From the NCBI GenBank assembly GCA_964016885.1, contig OZ024750.1:46128001-46192000 (forward strand): a DNA stretch of 64,000 nt, in the 5' to 3' direction. Numbering within the stretch: the stretch's first letter is position 1; every line of letters starts with the position of its first letter. Below, piece after piece: positions 1 to 12,956 of this stretch. The DNA is from Eledone cirrhosa (taxonomy: Eukaryota). The translations under genes were made by a program, and so were the position numbers. The notes beneath the pieces were generated by a model. That model did no database searches. It was not told the DNA's origin and worked only from the letters and a program-made list of their open reading frames with translations.

Positions 1-94
1 GGTATTTATATGGATGTGAATCATTTGGTGTGTATATGTGTACATGTGAGTGTATGTATGTGTTTGAGTGTGTGTGTATGGGTGTTTGATTGCT

Positions 95-139
<45 letters not shown>

Positions 140-369
140 ATCTGTGTATGGGTGCTTGTCTCTCTGCGCATTGCTTCAATATATTTCTTAATGGTTTTTC
201 TCAAACTTTTCCCCACTTCCCATTAAATGGACATCAATGAGCTTTTAATTGTCGGTTTTATAAAACATCAATTCAATTAGACAGATTGAAATCAATTGGT
301 TTTATATGGGAATACTGATGAAGAAAAACGTACTTCATGCACGCGTGTGCCCCGTCACATACACACATG

Positions 370-1612
370 TACATATATCTACTGAGACAACCTCACACAT
401 ACATTGACACATAGATATATCTACTGAGACATCCTCACACATACACATATATACACATACATATATCTACTGACACATCCTCACATATATACACATACAT
501 ATATCTACTGACACATCCTTATACATACACACATATATATATATATTGAGACATCCTTATACATAAACACATACATATATCTACTGAGGCATCCTCACAC
601 ATAAACACATACATATATCTACTGACACATCCTTATACATACACACATATATATATATCTACTGAGGCATCCTCACACATAAACACATACATATATCAAC
701 TGACACATCCTCACACATAAACACATACATATATCTACTGAGACATCCTCACACATACACACATAAATATATCTACTAAGACATCCTTACATATATACAC
801 ATAGATATATCTACTGACACATCCTTACACATACACACACATACATATATCTACTGAGACATCTTTACACATATACATATATCTACTGACACATCCTTAC
901 ACATACATAAACACATACATAAACACATACATACATCTACTGACACATCCTCATACATACACATATCTACTGACACATCCTTATACATAAACACATACAT
1001 ATATCTACTGACACATCCTTATACATACACACACATACATATATCTACTGACACATCCTCATACATACACACATATATATATCTACTGACACAGCCTTAC
1101 ATATATACACATACATATATCTACTGACACATCCTTATACATAAACACATACATATATCTACTGACACATCCTTACACATACACATACATATATCTACTG
1201 ACACATCCTTTCATATACAGACACATACATATAACTACTGACACATCCTTACACATACACATATATATATATATATATCTACTGACACATCCTCACATAT
1301 ATACACATACATATATCTACTGACACATCCTTACATATACACACATACATATATCTACTGACACATCCTCATACATACACACATATATATATCTACTGAC
1401 ACAGCCTTACATATATACACACACATATACATATATATCTATTGACACATCCTCACATATATACATTTACATATATCTATTGACACAGCCTTACACATAC
1501 ACACACATACACATATCTACTGACACATCCTTATACATACACACACATACATATATCTACTGACACATCCTTACATACACACATTCATCTACTCACACAT
1601 CCTTACACATAC
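370..1612. repeat. Minisatellite, ~36-46 bp unit (core CATATATCTACTGACACATCCTTACACATA plus variable CA/TA tract), ~30 copies
   Basis: TCTACTGA(C/G)ACATCCT recurs about every 40 bp throughout the interval. Confidence 0.95.
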
Positions 1613-1698
1613 ATGTCAATCTACATACGCGCATTCAGCAAATGTTTGCATGTGTTGTTGACACACACAGATATTTAGAATGATATACTGTGCATATA

Positions 1699-1699
<1 letters not shown>

Positions 1700-1765
<66 letters not shown>

Positions 1766-2012
1766 ATATATATATATAGAGAGAGAGGGGTGTATGTGTA
1801 TGCTTTAGTGTGTGGGCTCTTCCTGGTTGTGTATATATGTGTGTATATGTGTGTGTATAAATGTGAGTACATAGTGTGTGTAGATGTGTGTACATGTGTA
1901 TATATATGTGCATATATATGTGTGTACATGTGTATATATATGTGTATATATATATGTATATATATATATATGTGTATATATATATATGTATATATATGTG
2001 TATATATATATG

Positions 2013-2045
<33 letters not shown>

Positions 2046-2200
2046 GTGTATATATATATGTATATATATGTGTATATATATATATATGTATATATATATG
2101 TGTATATATATGTGTATATATATATCTATATATATGTGTATATATATATGTATATATATATGTGTGTATATATATATATATGTATATATATGTGTATATA

Positions 2201-2271
<71 letters not shown>

Positions 2272-2285
2272 ATACATGTGTATGT
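1700..2285. repeat. (TA)n/(TG)n compound microsatellite
   Basis: Directly visible; source of the IY/YI ORFs. Confidence 0.95.
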
Positions 2286-2375
2286 CTGACTGAGTAAAAA
2301 CTTAACCAATGAATATCAACAACGCAATAATTATTACAAAATTGTTAATGATAACAATATTGAAAGTAATTAACA

Positions 2376-3076
2376 TTGTGATGATGATGATGATGGTAAT
2401 GGTGATGGTGGTGGTGGTGGTGGTGGTGATGGTGGTGATGGTGTTGGTGGTGGCGGTGCCAGCACCACCACCACCACCACCACCAACACCACCACCACCA
2501 TCAACACCAACAGCACCACCAAAAACAACACCACCACCACCAGCATCATCACCACCACCATCATCATCACCACCACCACCATCAACATCACCACCACCAC
2601 AACCATCACCACCAACAGCACCACCAACAACAACACCAACATCATCACCATCATCACCACCACCACCACCACCACCATCACCATCACCGCCACCATCATC
2701 ATCATCACCACCATCACCACCACCACCACCATCACCACCACCATCATCACCACCACCACCACCATCATCATCATCACCACCATCACCACCACCACCAGTG
2801 GTGGTGGTGGTGATGGTGCTACTGTGGGTGGTGATGTTGGTGCTGATGGTGGTGGTGGTGGTGGGGGTGGTGATGGTGGTGGTGGTAATGGAGGTGGTGG
2901 TGGTAATGGAGATGGTGGTGGTGGTAATGGAGGTGGTGGTGGTAATGGAGATGGTAATGGTGGTAATGGAGGTGGTGATATCTAAGAAAACTAACGCTTC
3001 CGATTGACTACTTGTCAAACACACAAGAGACATTTCAATGGAGGAAGTAGAATAATAATAATAATAATAATAATAA

Positions 3077-3107
<31 letters not shown>

Positions 3108-3444
3108 AAGAAGAAGAAGAAGAAGAAGAAGAAGAAGAAGAAGAAGAAGAAGAAAAAGAAGAAGAAGAAGAAAAAGAAAAAGAAAAAGAAGAAGAAGAAG
3201 AAGAAGAAGAAGAAGAAGAAGAAGAAGAAGAAGAAGAAGAAGAAAAAGAAGAAGAAAGAAGAAGAAGAAGAAGAAGAAGAAGAAGAAGAAGAAGAAAAAG
3301 AGGAAGAAGAAGAAGAAGAAGAAGAAGAAGAAGAAGAAGAAGAAGAAGAAGAAAAAGAAGAAGAAGAAGAAAAAGAAAAAGAAAAAGAAAAAGAAGAAGA
3401 AGAAGAAGAAGAAGAAGAAGAAGAAGAAGAAGAAGAAGAAGAAG

Positions 3445-3478
<34 letters not shown>

Positions 3479-4009
3479 GCAACAACAACAACAACAACAA
3501 GGTAATGATGATGCAGATGATAATGACGATGGTGATGATAATGATGATGAAGGAGATGGTGATGATGCAGATGATAATGACGATGGTGATGATAATGATG
3601 ATGAAGGAGATGGAGAACAGGAGGAGGAGAAGGTAGAGACGGGGACGGAGGGGGAGGAGGTGAAAGAAGGAGAGACGATACCTCCAAAAAAAAAAATAGA
3701 ATGAAAGCTATATAAAAGAAAATGAATGAAAGTGGAAGGAAAGGTTAAAGAGCGAATGTCATCGTCTAGTTAAATAGATTGTCGTTATCATTGCTGTCAT
3801 CGCTTTTATCGTCGTAGTTGTCATCATCCTGGTATCGTCATCATGATCATCTCTTCCATACTTCATAAATACCACCATTACCGGCATCATCATAATTATT
3901 GTCATCAACATCTTCATCATCATCATCATCACCATCGTCATCATCATCATCGTCATCATCAACATCATTATCATCATCATCATCAACATCGTCATCATCA
4001 TCATCATCG

Positions 4010-4053
<44 letters not shown>

Positions 4054-4250
4054 GTCGTCGTCATCATCCTTTTTCATCTGAATCATCATCAATAGCATCA
4101 TCCTCATCATCAATATCACCATCATCATCCTCACCATCAATATCATCATCCTCAGCATCAATATCATCATCATCATCCTCAGCATCAATATCATCATCGC
4201 CAGCATCAATATCATCATCCTCACCATCAATATCATCATCCTCATCATTG
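2376..4250. repeat. Compound trinucleotide block: (GGT)n/(ACC)n/(GGT)n, (AAT)n-(AAG)n-(AAC)n, (ATG)n, (ATC)n
   Basis: Directly visible; the homopolymeric ORFs (poly-P/V/R/K/H/D) derive from it. Confidence 0.95.
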
Positions 4251-4356
4251 ACGTCTAATGAAATATGATGAGTGAGTCTGTATAACATTGGATTGTCCTA
4301 AGAACTGGAGAGGGAAGGGCAGGATATGATATTTACAATTAAAATCTTGTCCAGAT

Positions 4357-5155
4357 CAGAGGTCGCCAAACTTTCGGGCCTCAAGGACCACTAAATTCAT
4401 AATTTAAAATCCCGCGGACCACTAATATGAATTAATGGTCCATGGTCGAAACAATACTGAAGTTTACCTGTGTCATATTGTCGATAGATGATATATATGT
4501 GGAAAATTATGATCAGAGAACTTCCATTTTATTAGCACCACCAGCATCAATATCATCACTAACACCACCAACAACACCACCAGCACTACCACTAACACCA
4601 CCAACAGCACCACCAGCACTACCACTAACACCACCAACAGCACCACCAGCACTACCACTAACACCACCAACAGCACCACCAGCACTACCACTAACACCAC
4701 CAACAACAACACCACCAGCACTACCACTAACACCACATTTTATTAAACAATACTGAAGTCTACCTGTGTCATATTGTCGATAGATGATATATATGTGGAA
4801 AATTATGATCAGAGAACTTCCATTTTATTAGCACCACCAGCACTACCACTAACACCACCAACAACACCACCAGCACTACCACTAACACCACATTTTATTA
4901 AACAATACTGAAACCTACCTCTGTCATATTGTCGATAGATGATATATATGTGGAAAATTATTTCATGGATGTTAGTTCTTTACTGAAGAGAAACATTTTT
5001 TAGGGGTCTTATAAAATATATTTTAACCGAATATCATTTTTGTTTTATTATCAATAAAAAATAAAAATTGCAAATAGTATCCACATTTTTCTGCGGACCA
5101 CCACAATTTTCTCTCGAGCTACCATGGTCCACGGACCACCGGATGGTGACCGCTG
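4357..5155. mobile_element. Non-autonomous hAT (Charlie-like) DNA transposon
   Basis: Perfect 8-bp TSD GTCCAGAT (4349-4356 and 5156-5163); imperfect TIRs CAGAGGTCGCCAAAC / GGATGGTGACCGCTG; subterminal GGACCAC repeats; no transposase ORF. Confidence 0.88.
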
Positions 5156-5659
5156 GTCCAGATGATGAGATATTCTTAAAATGAAAATCCTGTTGTTTAG
5201 CCACAGGTCAGACTTCATTGAGTATGATCAAAACTATTCCAAGAGTGCCCACTATGTCTGTTTGCATATCAAATATGATCCCTGCTGGGTGAGGATGACG
5301 TAATTTGGCTGCAAGTGATAGTGAAGATAGTGATGTTGGAGGGGTCATTTCTGGTAACAGTCGCTGAAAAATGAGATGCAGTTGAGGGTGAGTAGGTGTG
5401 GAAAAGAGATAGAGAAAAGTAGAGGGTTCTGAGTTTCGGTGCAGTAGGATAGACAAGGGAGTATTTTAGGGGTTCTTAGGGGATAACAGTATAGAGGGAC
5501 TTGGTGAAAGAAAAGAAATAAATAAACATAAACTGCTGTATTGTATTGGAGGATTTCGTCGCTTAATACCTGGACTTCGTCAACTGAGCGAGAGGTATGA
5601 AATATACATACATAATTGTATAGACGCATATATATCTATATATATATATATATGTATAC

Positions 5660-5800
5660 TCTTCTTCTTCTTCTTCTTCTTCTTCTTCTTCTTCTTCTTC
5701 TTCTTCTTCTTCGCTTCCTCCTCCTCCTCTTCCTCCTTCTTCTTATTCTTCTTCTTCTTCTTCTTCTTCTTCTTCTTCTTCTTCTTCTTCTTCTTCTTCA
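5660..5800. repeat. (CTT)n microsatellite
   Basis: Directly visible; a complementary (AAG)n tract lies at 6198-6309. Confidence 0.95.
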
Positions 5801-6999
5801 TTTAAGTTTGGTTTTTTTCCCCTCTGTTTCGACTTTCTCCTCTTTTTCTTCCTCTTCCCCTCCTCTCCCTCTCTTATTCTCCACTATCAGCCATATCCTA
5901 ACCTTCTTTATATATTTTTATACACTTTCTTTATGTCAAGCTCTATTTTGATTTCTTCTGCCAAACTTAAATTAGATACAATTGATATTCATTGGTAGTC
6001 GGCATTCAACATTGGAATTCTGTACAATTTTGTGTCGATTCAAGTTTCGAAAACCATGTCGAGGAATCAATGCAAACCGCAAGAACACAGGAATCATAAT
6101 AACAACAATAATAACCCTAACAGCAGCAACAACAACAACTGAAACAACTGCAACAACAACAACAACAACTGCAACAACCGTAATCTTCAAAACTACAAAG
6201 AAGAAGAAGAAGAAGAAGAAGAAGAAGAAGAAGAAGAAGAAGAAGAAGAAGAAGAAGAAGAAGAAGAAGAAGAAGAAGAAGAAGAAGAAGAAGAAGAAGA
6301 AGAAGAAGACGACGACGACGACGACTAGAGTCTTTGTCATGAAAATTACAGACGCTTTGAGGAGAGGAATATAGAATAAAGAGGACGAGAAGAAAAATAT
6401 TGAAAATAAATGATAGAAAATATAATAATAAAAATAATAAAAATCCCTTTTCTTCTAAAACGCTGAGTAAATTTGTTCAATCTCCACCGTTATTCTTCCT
6501 GAAGTTAATGAATTCTTTACACAACCCAAGTGTTTGAACTTCAGGCCTTGATCCATTCATTCATACACACAACACCGGTAAGCCCCAGTCACCCTCATAC
6601 ACCCTTCCCACTCATAGAAAAATATTTCTTTCCCAAAGCGAAAGTACGTTTAAGATTGTGAGTAAATGCTATTCACGTTGCTCTACTTCAAATGTTGATC
6701 ATTTATGCTATGATGTGGTGTATGATCTTAAGGCTCATCAGATATGACAAAAGCATGGATTTAGAACATAACTCCACAAGCTAACAGAAGGATCACCGAG
6801 GGAACAGTGGTTCATCAACGGATTGTTATCGTCGTGTAAATGATGAAATTAGCGTTGAAACCGATATCACCATTGATCTATGAAACAGGAACGAGGAAAT
6901 ATTAAGGAACCGTCCAATCAGCAAGTCAGAAAGTACATATATAGACAGGCATGTAGAGAAGCACAAATGTATACATACATACATATGTATTATATACAT

Positions 7000-7037
<38 letters not shown>

Positions 7038-7098
7038 TAGAAAGTGAGGTTTTTTTTACAAAATGAAAAATAACCGAGGTGTCCTACACGAGTGAAAG

Positions 7099-7372
7099 TA
7101 TAAAGAAAAAGAGATGAAATCGAAAATGCAACTGGAGTCTTATTTTTTTTTTAAATATATATATTATTTGGTTCCTTTACCGGTTTCGCAGTTCTTCTGC
7201 TTTTCAAAAGGTGAGTTGAGATGGAGGGTCTGAGAAAAACCACAGACCCTCCATCTCAACTCACCTTTTGAAAAGCAGAAGAACTGCGAAACCGGTAAAG
7301 GAACCAAATAAATATATATATTTTTTTTAAAAATAAGACTCCAGTTGCATTTTCGATTTCATCTCTTTTTCT

Positions 7373-7377
<5 letters not shown>
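7099..7377. mobile_element. Fold-back palindrome of a Penelope-type 3' terminal repeat
   Basis: ~134-bp inverted arms (7099-7232 / 7243-7377) with a 10-nt spacer, between (TA)n tracts; each arm carries a hammerhead motif. Confidence 0.75.
7264..7301 (+). ncRNA. Minimal type I hammerhead ribozyme, U3-A8 core variant (mirror copy at 7174-7211, - strand)
   Basis: CCTT-TTGAAAA-GCAG-aagaa-CTGC-GAAA-CCGG-TA-AAGG: stems I and II perfect, palindromic stem III ACCGGT, GUA cleavage triplet. Confidence 0.72.
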
Positions 7378-7403
<26 letters not shown>

Positions 7404-7738
7404 ATGTATATATATATATATATATTAATTCAGCGAGAATCGCATTTCGGCGGGTAGAAAAAGCGAAACGAAACGCAAAATCAGAGTTATGCCGGCAAGC
7501 GCTCCATAGTTAAAAAACCAGAGCTAAAGATATGCTAAAACGCCATACAAACTGAAAAAGTGGTCAAGAAGGCATTAACCACCTAAGACAAAAAACAATT
7601 CAAGCTAAACAGGTCAAACAAAATAAATGATAAAATCATATATATATATATATATACATACACACACATATATAACCGATCTGGACCCATTGGAATTGAT
7701 GTGAAAATCCCAATGCAGGGTTTCTATGACACCTGAAT

Positions 7739-7806
<68 letters not shown>

Positions 7807-7852
7807 ATGTTTCTGTAGGAAAGGTAAAGGAAAGGAGAGTGCTCTATGTACG

Positions 7853-7919
7853 TGTTCTGATGAACGATTTCAGACGTCTGTCTCGAGCTCGTCTGTCTTC
7901 GTGAAACCTTTGGTAAATG
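7853..7919 (+). ncRNA. Type I hammerhead ribozyme with extended stem II
   Basis: TGTT-CTGATGA-ACGA(31 nt)TCGT-GAAA-CC-ttt-GG-TA-AATG; canonical core, weak stem I with G-U pairs; in a ~150-bp island between (TA)n and (CA)n. Confidence 0.68.
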
Positions 7920-7951
7920 GAACAATCGTCTTATGTTGTTTATTACATAAC

Positions 7952-8089
<138 letters not shown>

Positions 8090-8158
8090 TAAATACTACC
8101 GAGTTAGAATTATGAATATAGCTAGATGTAAAACAACAAGTATAATACAGAGCCGAAA

Positions 8159-8689
8159 TACAATGTAAATGATAATCAAAGAGTGTTTAATTTTTAAAAC
8201 ATTTAATAACTAACGATCGTTTCATCCTAGCACACGGCAGTTATCATCGGAATTATGACAAAAGTTAAACACAAATATAAATAAAAAATATCTTTTAAAA
8301 AGTACTTAAATCCTTAAGCTTTAATTTGAAATACCTTTTACTCTGTCTCCTATTACTAATTCTTTCAACATCAATTTTTGTCGATAATATATGATATATG
8401 ATTTTCAATGTACCTCATTTATCTTTAACCACATATATTTTACTTTATTTTATTTTACTTTATTTTATTGCATTTTATCTACTTCTACTTTTCATATGTT
8501 TTCCGCCTCAGTTACCTTATATAAATAATAGAGCTTGAACTTATCTAACCACTCATAGTATGTATCCTCCAAATGTCTTTTTTTTGTTAAATGTTTGTAA
8601 TAACTCTGGTTAAAGCTGCCGTGGGCTAAGATGAAACGATCGTTCGTTATTAAATGTTTGAAAATTAAACACTCTTTGGTTATCAATTA

Positions 8690-8696
<7 letters not shown>
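8159..8696. mobile_element. Old inverted-repeat PLE-type remnant with two degenerate hammerhead motifs
   Basis: Diverged inverted arms ~8159-8265 / ~8590-8696; both carry GAAA-CGATCG-TT; cores decayed to CCGATGA (- strand, 8206-8256) and CTGGTTA (+ strand, 8600-8650). Confidence 0.6.
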
Positions 8697-8725
<29 letters not shown>

Positions 8726-8984
8726 AAAAAAATGAAACAAAATTTCATTTCCCACACTTAGTACGGCTGTTACTTAAATATAAGTATGTACACATACATA
8801 CATATATGTATACAGACGTACAGTAGTATGTATATATACATACATGCACACATATATATATATGTACGTATGGATTCACCGAACATTTATTATAATGCTC
8901 GGTGTGTTTGTAAACAAACATCCCGTATTAAGCCGTAGTGTCTAGCAACCATCTTTGCTCGTTTATTCAACACTGACAAAGGAA

Positions 8985-9025
8985 CGCTGTACTAGTTTCA
9001 AGCTTATTAGCTATCGTCAGCAACG
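8985..9025 (-). ncRNA. Minimal type I hammerhead ribozyme
   Basis: Minus strand CGTTG-CTGACGA-T-AGCT-aata-AGCT-T-GAAA-CTAG-TA-CAGCG; 5-bp stem I, palindromic stem III ACTAGT. Confidence 0.8.
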
Positions 9026-9751
9026 TATACCTTCATGGCAGATTGTTGAACGTCTGAAAGTATATACTTTCCTTATGCATATTAACGGCTGAATAGCCCA
9101 ATTTGCATATGGAGTGGGTTAATAGGCCGGGTGCACCGAAAACTATAAACGGAAACAAATGAAACGAAATTTCATTTCCCACTCTTATTACAACTGTTAC
9201 TTAAATATATGTATGTACACGTACATACATATATGTATACAGACGTACAGTAGTATGTATATATTCATACATGCACACATATATATATATGTACGTATGG
9301 AATCGGTGAATCCATACGTACATATATATATGTGTGCATATATGTATATATATACATACTACTGTACGTCTGTTCTTAGGAGAAATGCTCAAATATCATA
9401 ATACGTATTGTATAAACATGTCCTAACAAAATTTAAAGACCCACACATGGCTGGTATCTGGAAGGTGTCTATGTTCGACTTTATAGGTAATATCACAATG
9501 GATTTAAAGGGGTGTTTCTGTATAATTATTGTAATAAATTCCATAACTCCATATGGTTTTGATTCAACAGCTAGGTCGATGTGACTTCCAAAATTCTTAC
9601 CTCACTACTTCGATATAACAGGGTCAATTAATATCATTGCTATGATAATAACGTGCAAAGATTCTGTTTGTTTGTTTTTTTTTCTCATAGAAACATCATG
9701 TCATGCCTGCTACGTGTTATTTACTGGTTAGTCTGCGTGTTAATATTCAAA

Positions 9752-9890
9752 GCATGGCTGATTGGTTAAGAAGTTAGCTTCGCATACATGAAATACAGTG
9801 CCATCTACAGGAAATGTTTTAACATAACTTCGCTTCATTCCAAATATTGTGAAAGAATTTAGCAAGCGGAAGCTGTTTGGAATCCCGTTA
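9752..9890 (+). mobile_element. Highly decayed tRNA-derived SINE
   Basis: GCATGGCTGATTGGTTAAGAAG A-box-like head; remainder degenerate. Confidence 0.35.
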
Positions 9891-10079
9891 ATTGGAACGT
9901 ACTAGTAATACAAATGTGCCGCCCTTTTACTTACTGTGGCGCATGGATTCAGCTAGGAAATAACTTTAAGTTTACACGTTTGTAAAAACCATTCGTTAAT
10001 TCACGAGTTGGTAATTTGTTGGTTGAATAACAACATACTCCTGATCAAAATTGAGAGTGGATCCACCATCAGATTGTCA

Positions 10080-10650
10080 TAGTAGAGAGACGGAGAGAGG
10101 GGGTGTCGATAGAGTGAGAGAGGCAGATCGGGGGAGTAGAGAGAGAGGGGTGTCGACAGAGTGAGGTAGGCAGACGGGGGTAGGTAGAGAGGGGGAGAGA
10201 GGGGGCTGTCGAGATAGTGAGAGAGGCAGATCGGGGAGTAGAGAGAGGGAGGGGTGTCGAGAGAGTGAGGGAGGCAGGCGGGGGGCATAGAGAGAGGGAG
10301 TGATAGAGGGGTGTCAACAGAGTGATGGAGGTAGATGGGGGGAGTAGAGAGAGGGAGAGATAGGGTTTGTCGAGAGAGCGAGGGACGCAGACGGAGGGAG
10401 TAGAGAGAAGGAGAGAGAGGGGTGTCGAGAGAGTGAGTGAGGAAGGCGGAGGGAGTAGAGAGGGGGAGAGAGAGGTGAAAAGAGAGAAGGAGAGAGGGGT
10501 GTAGAGAGAGTGAGGGAGCCAGACGGAGGGAGTAGAGGGGGAGAGAGAGAGGTGAAAAGAGAGAAGGAGAGAGGGGCGGAGAGAAGTAGAGAGAAGGAGA
10601 GAGGGGCGGAGAGAAGTAGAGAGTAAGTGAATGAGTAAAAAGAGAGAAGA
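10080..10650. repeat. Degenerate purine-rich minisatellite (~42-46 bp; GAGAGGGGTGTCGAGAGAGTGAG...)
   Basis: GGGTGTCGA / GGCAGA(T/C)GG motifs recur; strong GA bias on the + strand. Confidence 0.85.
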
Positions 10651-10723
10651 CAAACAGAAATGGAGAGATTTGGCGGAAGATGTTGATGTTTGAAGTGAGA
10701 GGTATTTTGTAAATCTAGATATT

Positions 10724-11051
10724 AATTGTTTCTACTTTTGGCACAAGGCCAGCAATTACTCAGTACATAACTGGTACTTTATTTTATCGACCCCGTAAGG
10801 ATGAAAGGCAAAATTAACCTCGGCCGGATTTGAACTCAGATCGTAAAGGGACGTAACTCTTTGCGTCAATGCATGGCGTCCGACTCTCTACCGATACTGT
10901 CAATCCACCGCCAATCTAGATATTAATTGTTTCTACTTTAAGCACAAGGCCAGCAAATTACCCAGTACATTACTGGTACTTTATTTTATCGACCCCGTAA
11001 GGATGAAAGGCAAAGTCAACCTCGGCGGGATTTGAACTCAGACTGTAAAGG
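10724..11051 (-). mobile_element. Two tandem tRNA-derived SINEs (10724-10912 full length; 10924-11051 5'-truncated)
   Basis: Family consensus TTTCTACTTT..GGCACAAGGCCAGCAATT..GGTACTTTATTTTATCGACCCCGTAAGGATGAAAGGCAAA; AATCTAGATATTAATT duplicated at 10712 and 10913. Confidence 0.92.
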
Positions 11052-11060
11052 GATATTAAT

Positions 11061-11251
11061 GGCGGACTGGCAGTATCGGTAGAGGGTCTGACGCCATGCT
11101 TTACAGGCATAGAATTACGGGCATTACAGGCATAGAGTTCAAATCCCGCCGAGTTTAACTTTGCCTTTCATCCTTACGGGGCTGATAACATAAAGCACCA
11201 GTAATACACTGGGGGTTATTGCTGGCCTTGTGCCAAAAGTAGAAACAATTA
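11061..11251 (+). mobile_element. tRNA-derived SINE (main family)
   Basis: A box TGGCAGTATCGG, B box GAGTTCAAATCC, tail GTAGAAACAATTAT. Confidence 0.92.
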
Positions 11252-11545
11252 TCAACTATGATATATAAGGTTCAATGAAGGAACCCCTACGTGGTTGCTA
11301 GATTCTTTGGAAATAGCAGCAACATTTCAATTGAAATAAATATATAATTATACGTATATATGCACCTAATAGCCATGTATAATCACATGCATATGTATAT
11401 ATAATCACACACACATAGGCATACTCACACAAATATATAATATATATACTGATGTGTATACATGAAATCATATATAAATATATAAATATATATATGTATG
11501 CGTGAGTGTTTGTGTGTTGGAGTGTTTGTGTATATGTTTACTAGA

Positions 11546-11609
<64 letters not shown>

Positions 11610-11705
11610 AGATATTTATATCGAGTGCTCACTCGGGTGAAGCTACAGTAACTCCACGTTACAATGCCTATATATTTATATATAATATGTGTGTGTGAGT
11701 ATATA

Positions 11706-11750
<45 letters not shown>

Positions 11751-11824
11751 TATGAATATATATGTATTATATATATACGTAGATATATACATTATATATA
11801 TATATATATTTGTATATATATATA

Positions 11825-11894
<70 letters not shown>

Positions 11895-11931
11895 AATATA
11901 TATATATATATATATACACATAGATATATAC

Positions 11932-12088
<157 letters not shown>

Positions 12089-12890
12089 CACATTCAGGCA
12101 ACTCATGACGATGTGAAAGAAAGAAAGAGAGGGAGAAAGACAGAAAGAATGAGAGAGTTGCGACAATAGTGACAGAGTGGAACCAGAGAGTAACAACACA
12201 ACATGACATTTAGAAAACATAAAACATAAAACAGAAGAGAACTATAGAAGTGTATATAATATAAATAACAACATAAGTAAGGAGAAAACTTCAATTAACG
12301 TTTGGAAAAACAATTCCTACTTCTGATTTGTTGTTAGAATTCAATTCTAGACGATTGATGCATGAGTGGAAGACAATAGGTATAAATCGTGCCAAGTTAT
12401 TTTGCTTTCTTTTCTTGGTGCTTCTAAACATTCTCACAAACAATTTGTCAATGCTTGATAAGAAAGGAGGGAGAGGAGGAGATGATTATGCACACATACA
12501 CATAGAGAAAAACTATATATTTATTTTATAAACTTGTCATGACCTAAACATTAGTTAGTTTTCGTGTTTCTAAAATACACCTGCTGGGCAATTTTTGTGA
12601 ATTCTTCCATAGAATTAATAGTTTTGCTTTTGCTTAAGAGATTTTCGAAATTAGAAGAGGAGGATAGAAAAGAAAGAAAGAAGGAATGAATACAGAAAAA
12701 AAAATGTAAATAAATGTATAAATGGTAAACAAATAAATCTCTCTTTCCATCTCTTAATGTCCTACTCTCTCACTCTCTCTTACTCTCACTCTCGCTCTAT
12801 ATATATCTCTCTATACCTCATTTTATGCTCGTATATTCGTTTAAATACACACGTGTGTGTGTGTGAATGTTTGTGTATATGTTTAATAGA

Positions 12891-12956
<66 letters not shown>

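Noticed and set aside
5545-5590. TTGACGA-A-GTC...GAC-GAAA on the - strand
   Set aside because: Stem II is plausible but stems I and III fail; at best a decayed relic. The same applies to CCGATGAAG at about 24630.
9439-9486. Possible + strand exon PTHGWYLEGVYVRLY resembling a PLAT-domain motif
   Set aside because: Very short, poor acceptor, a second frame is equally open, and no partner exons were found.
11061-11150. tRNA gene
   Set aside because: A and B boxes are present but there is no cloverleaf; it is the head of a multi-copy SINE.
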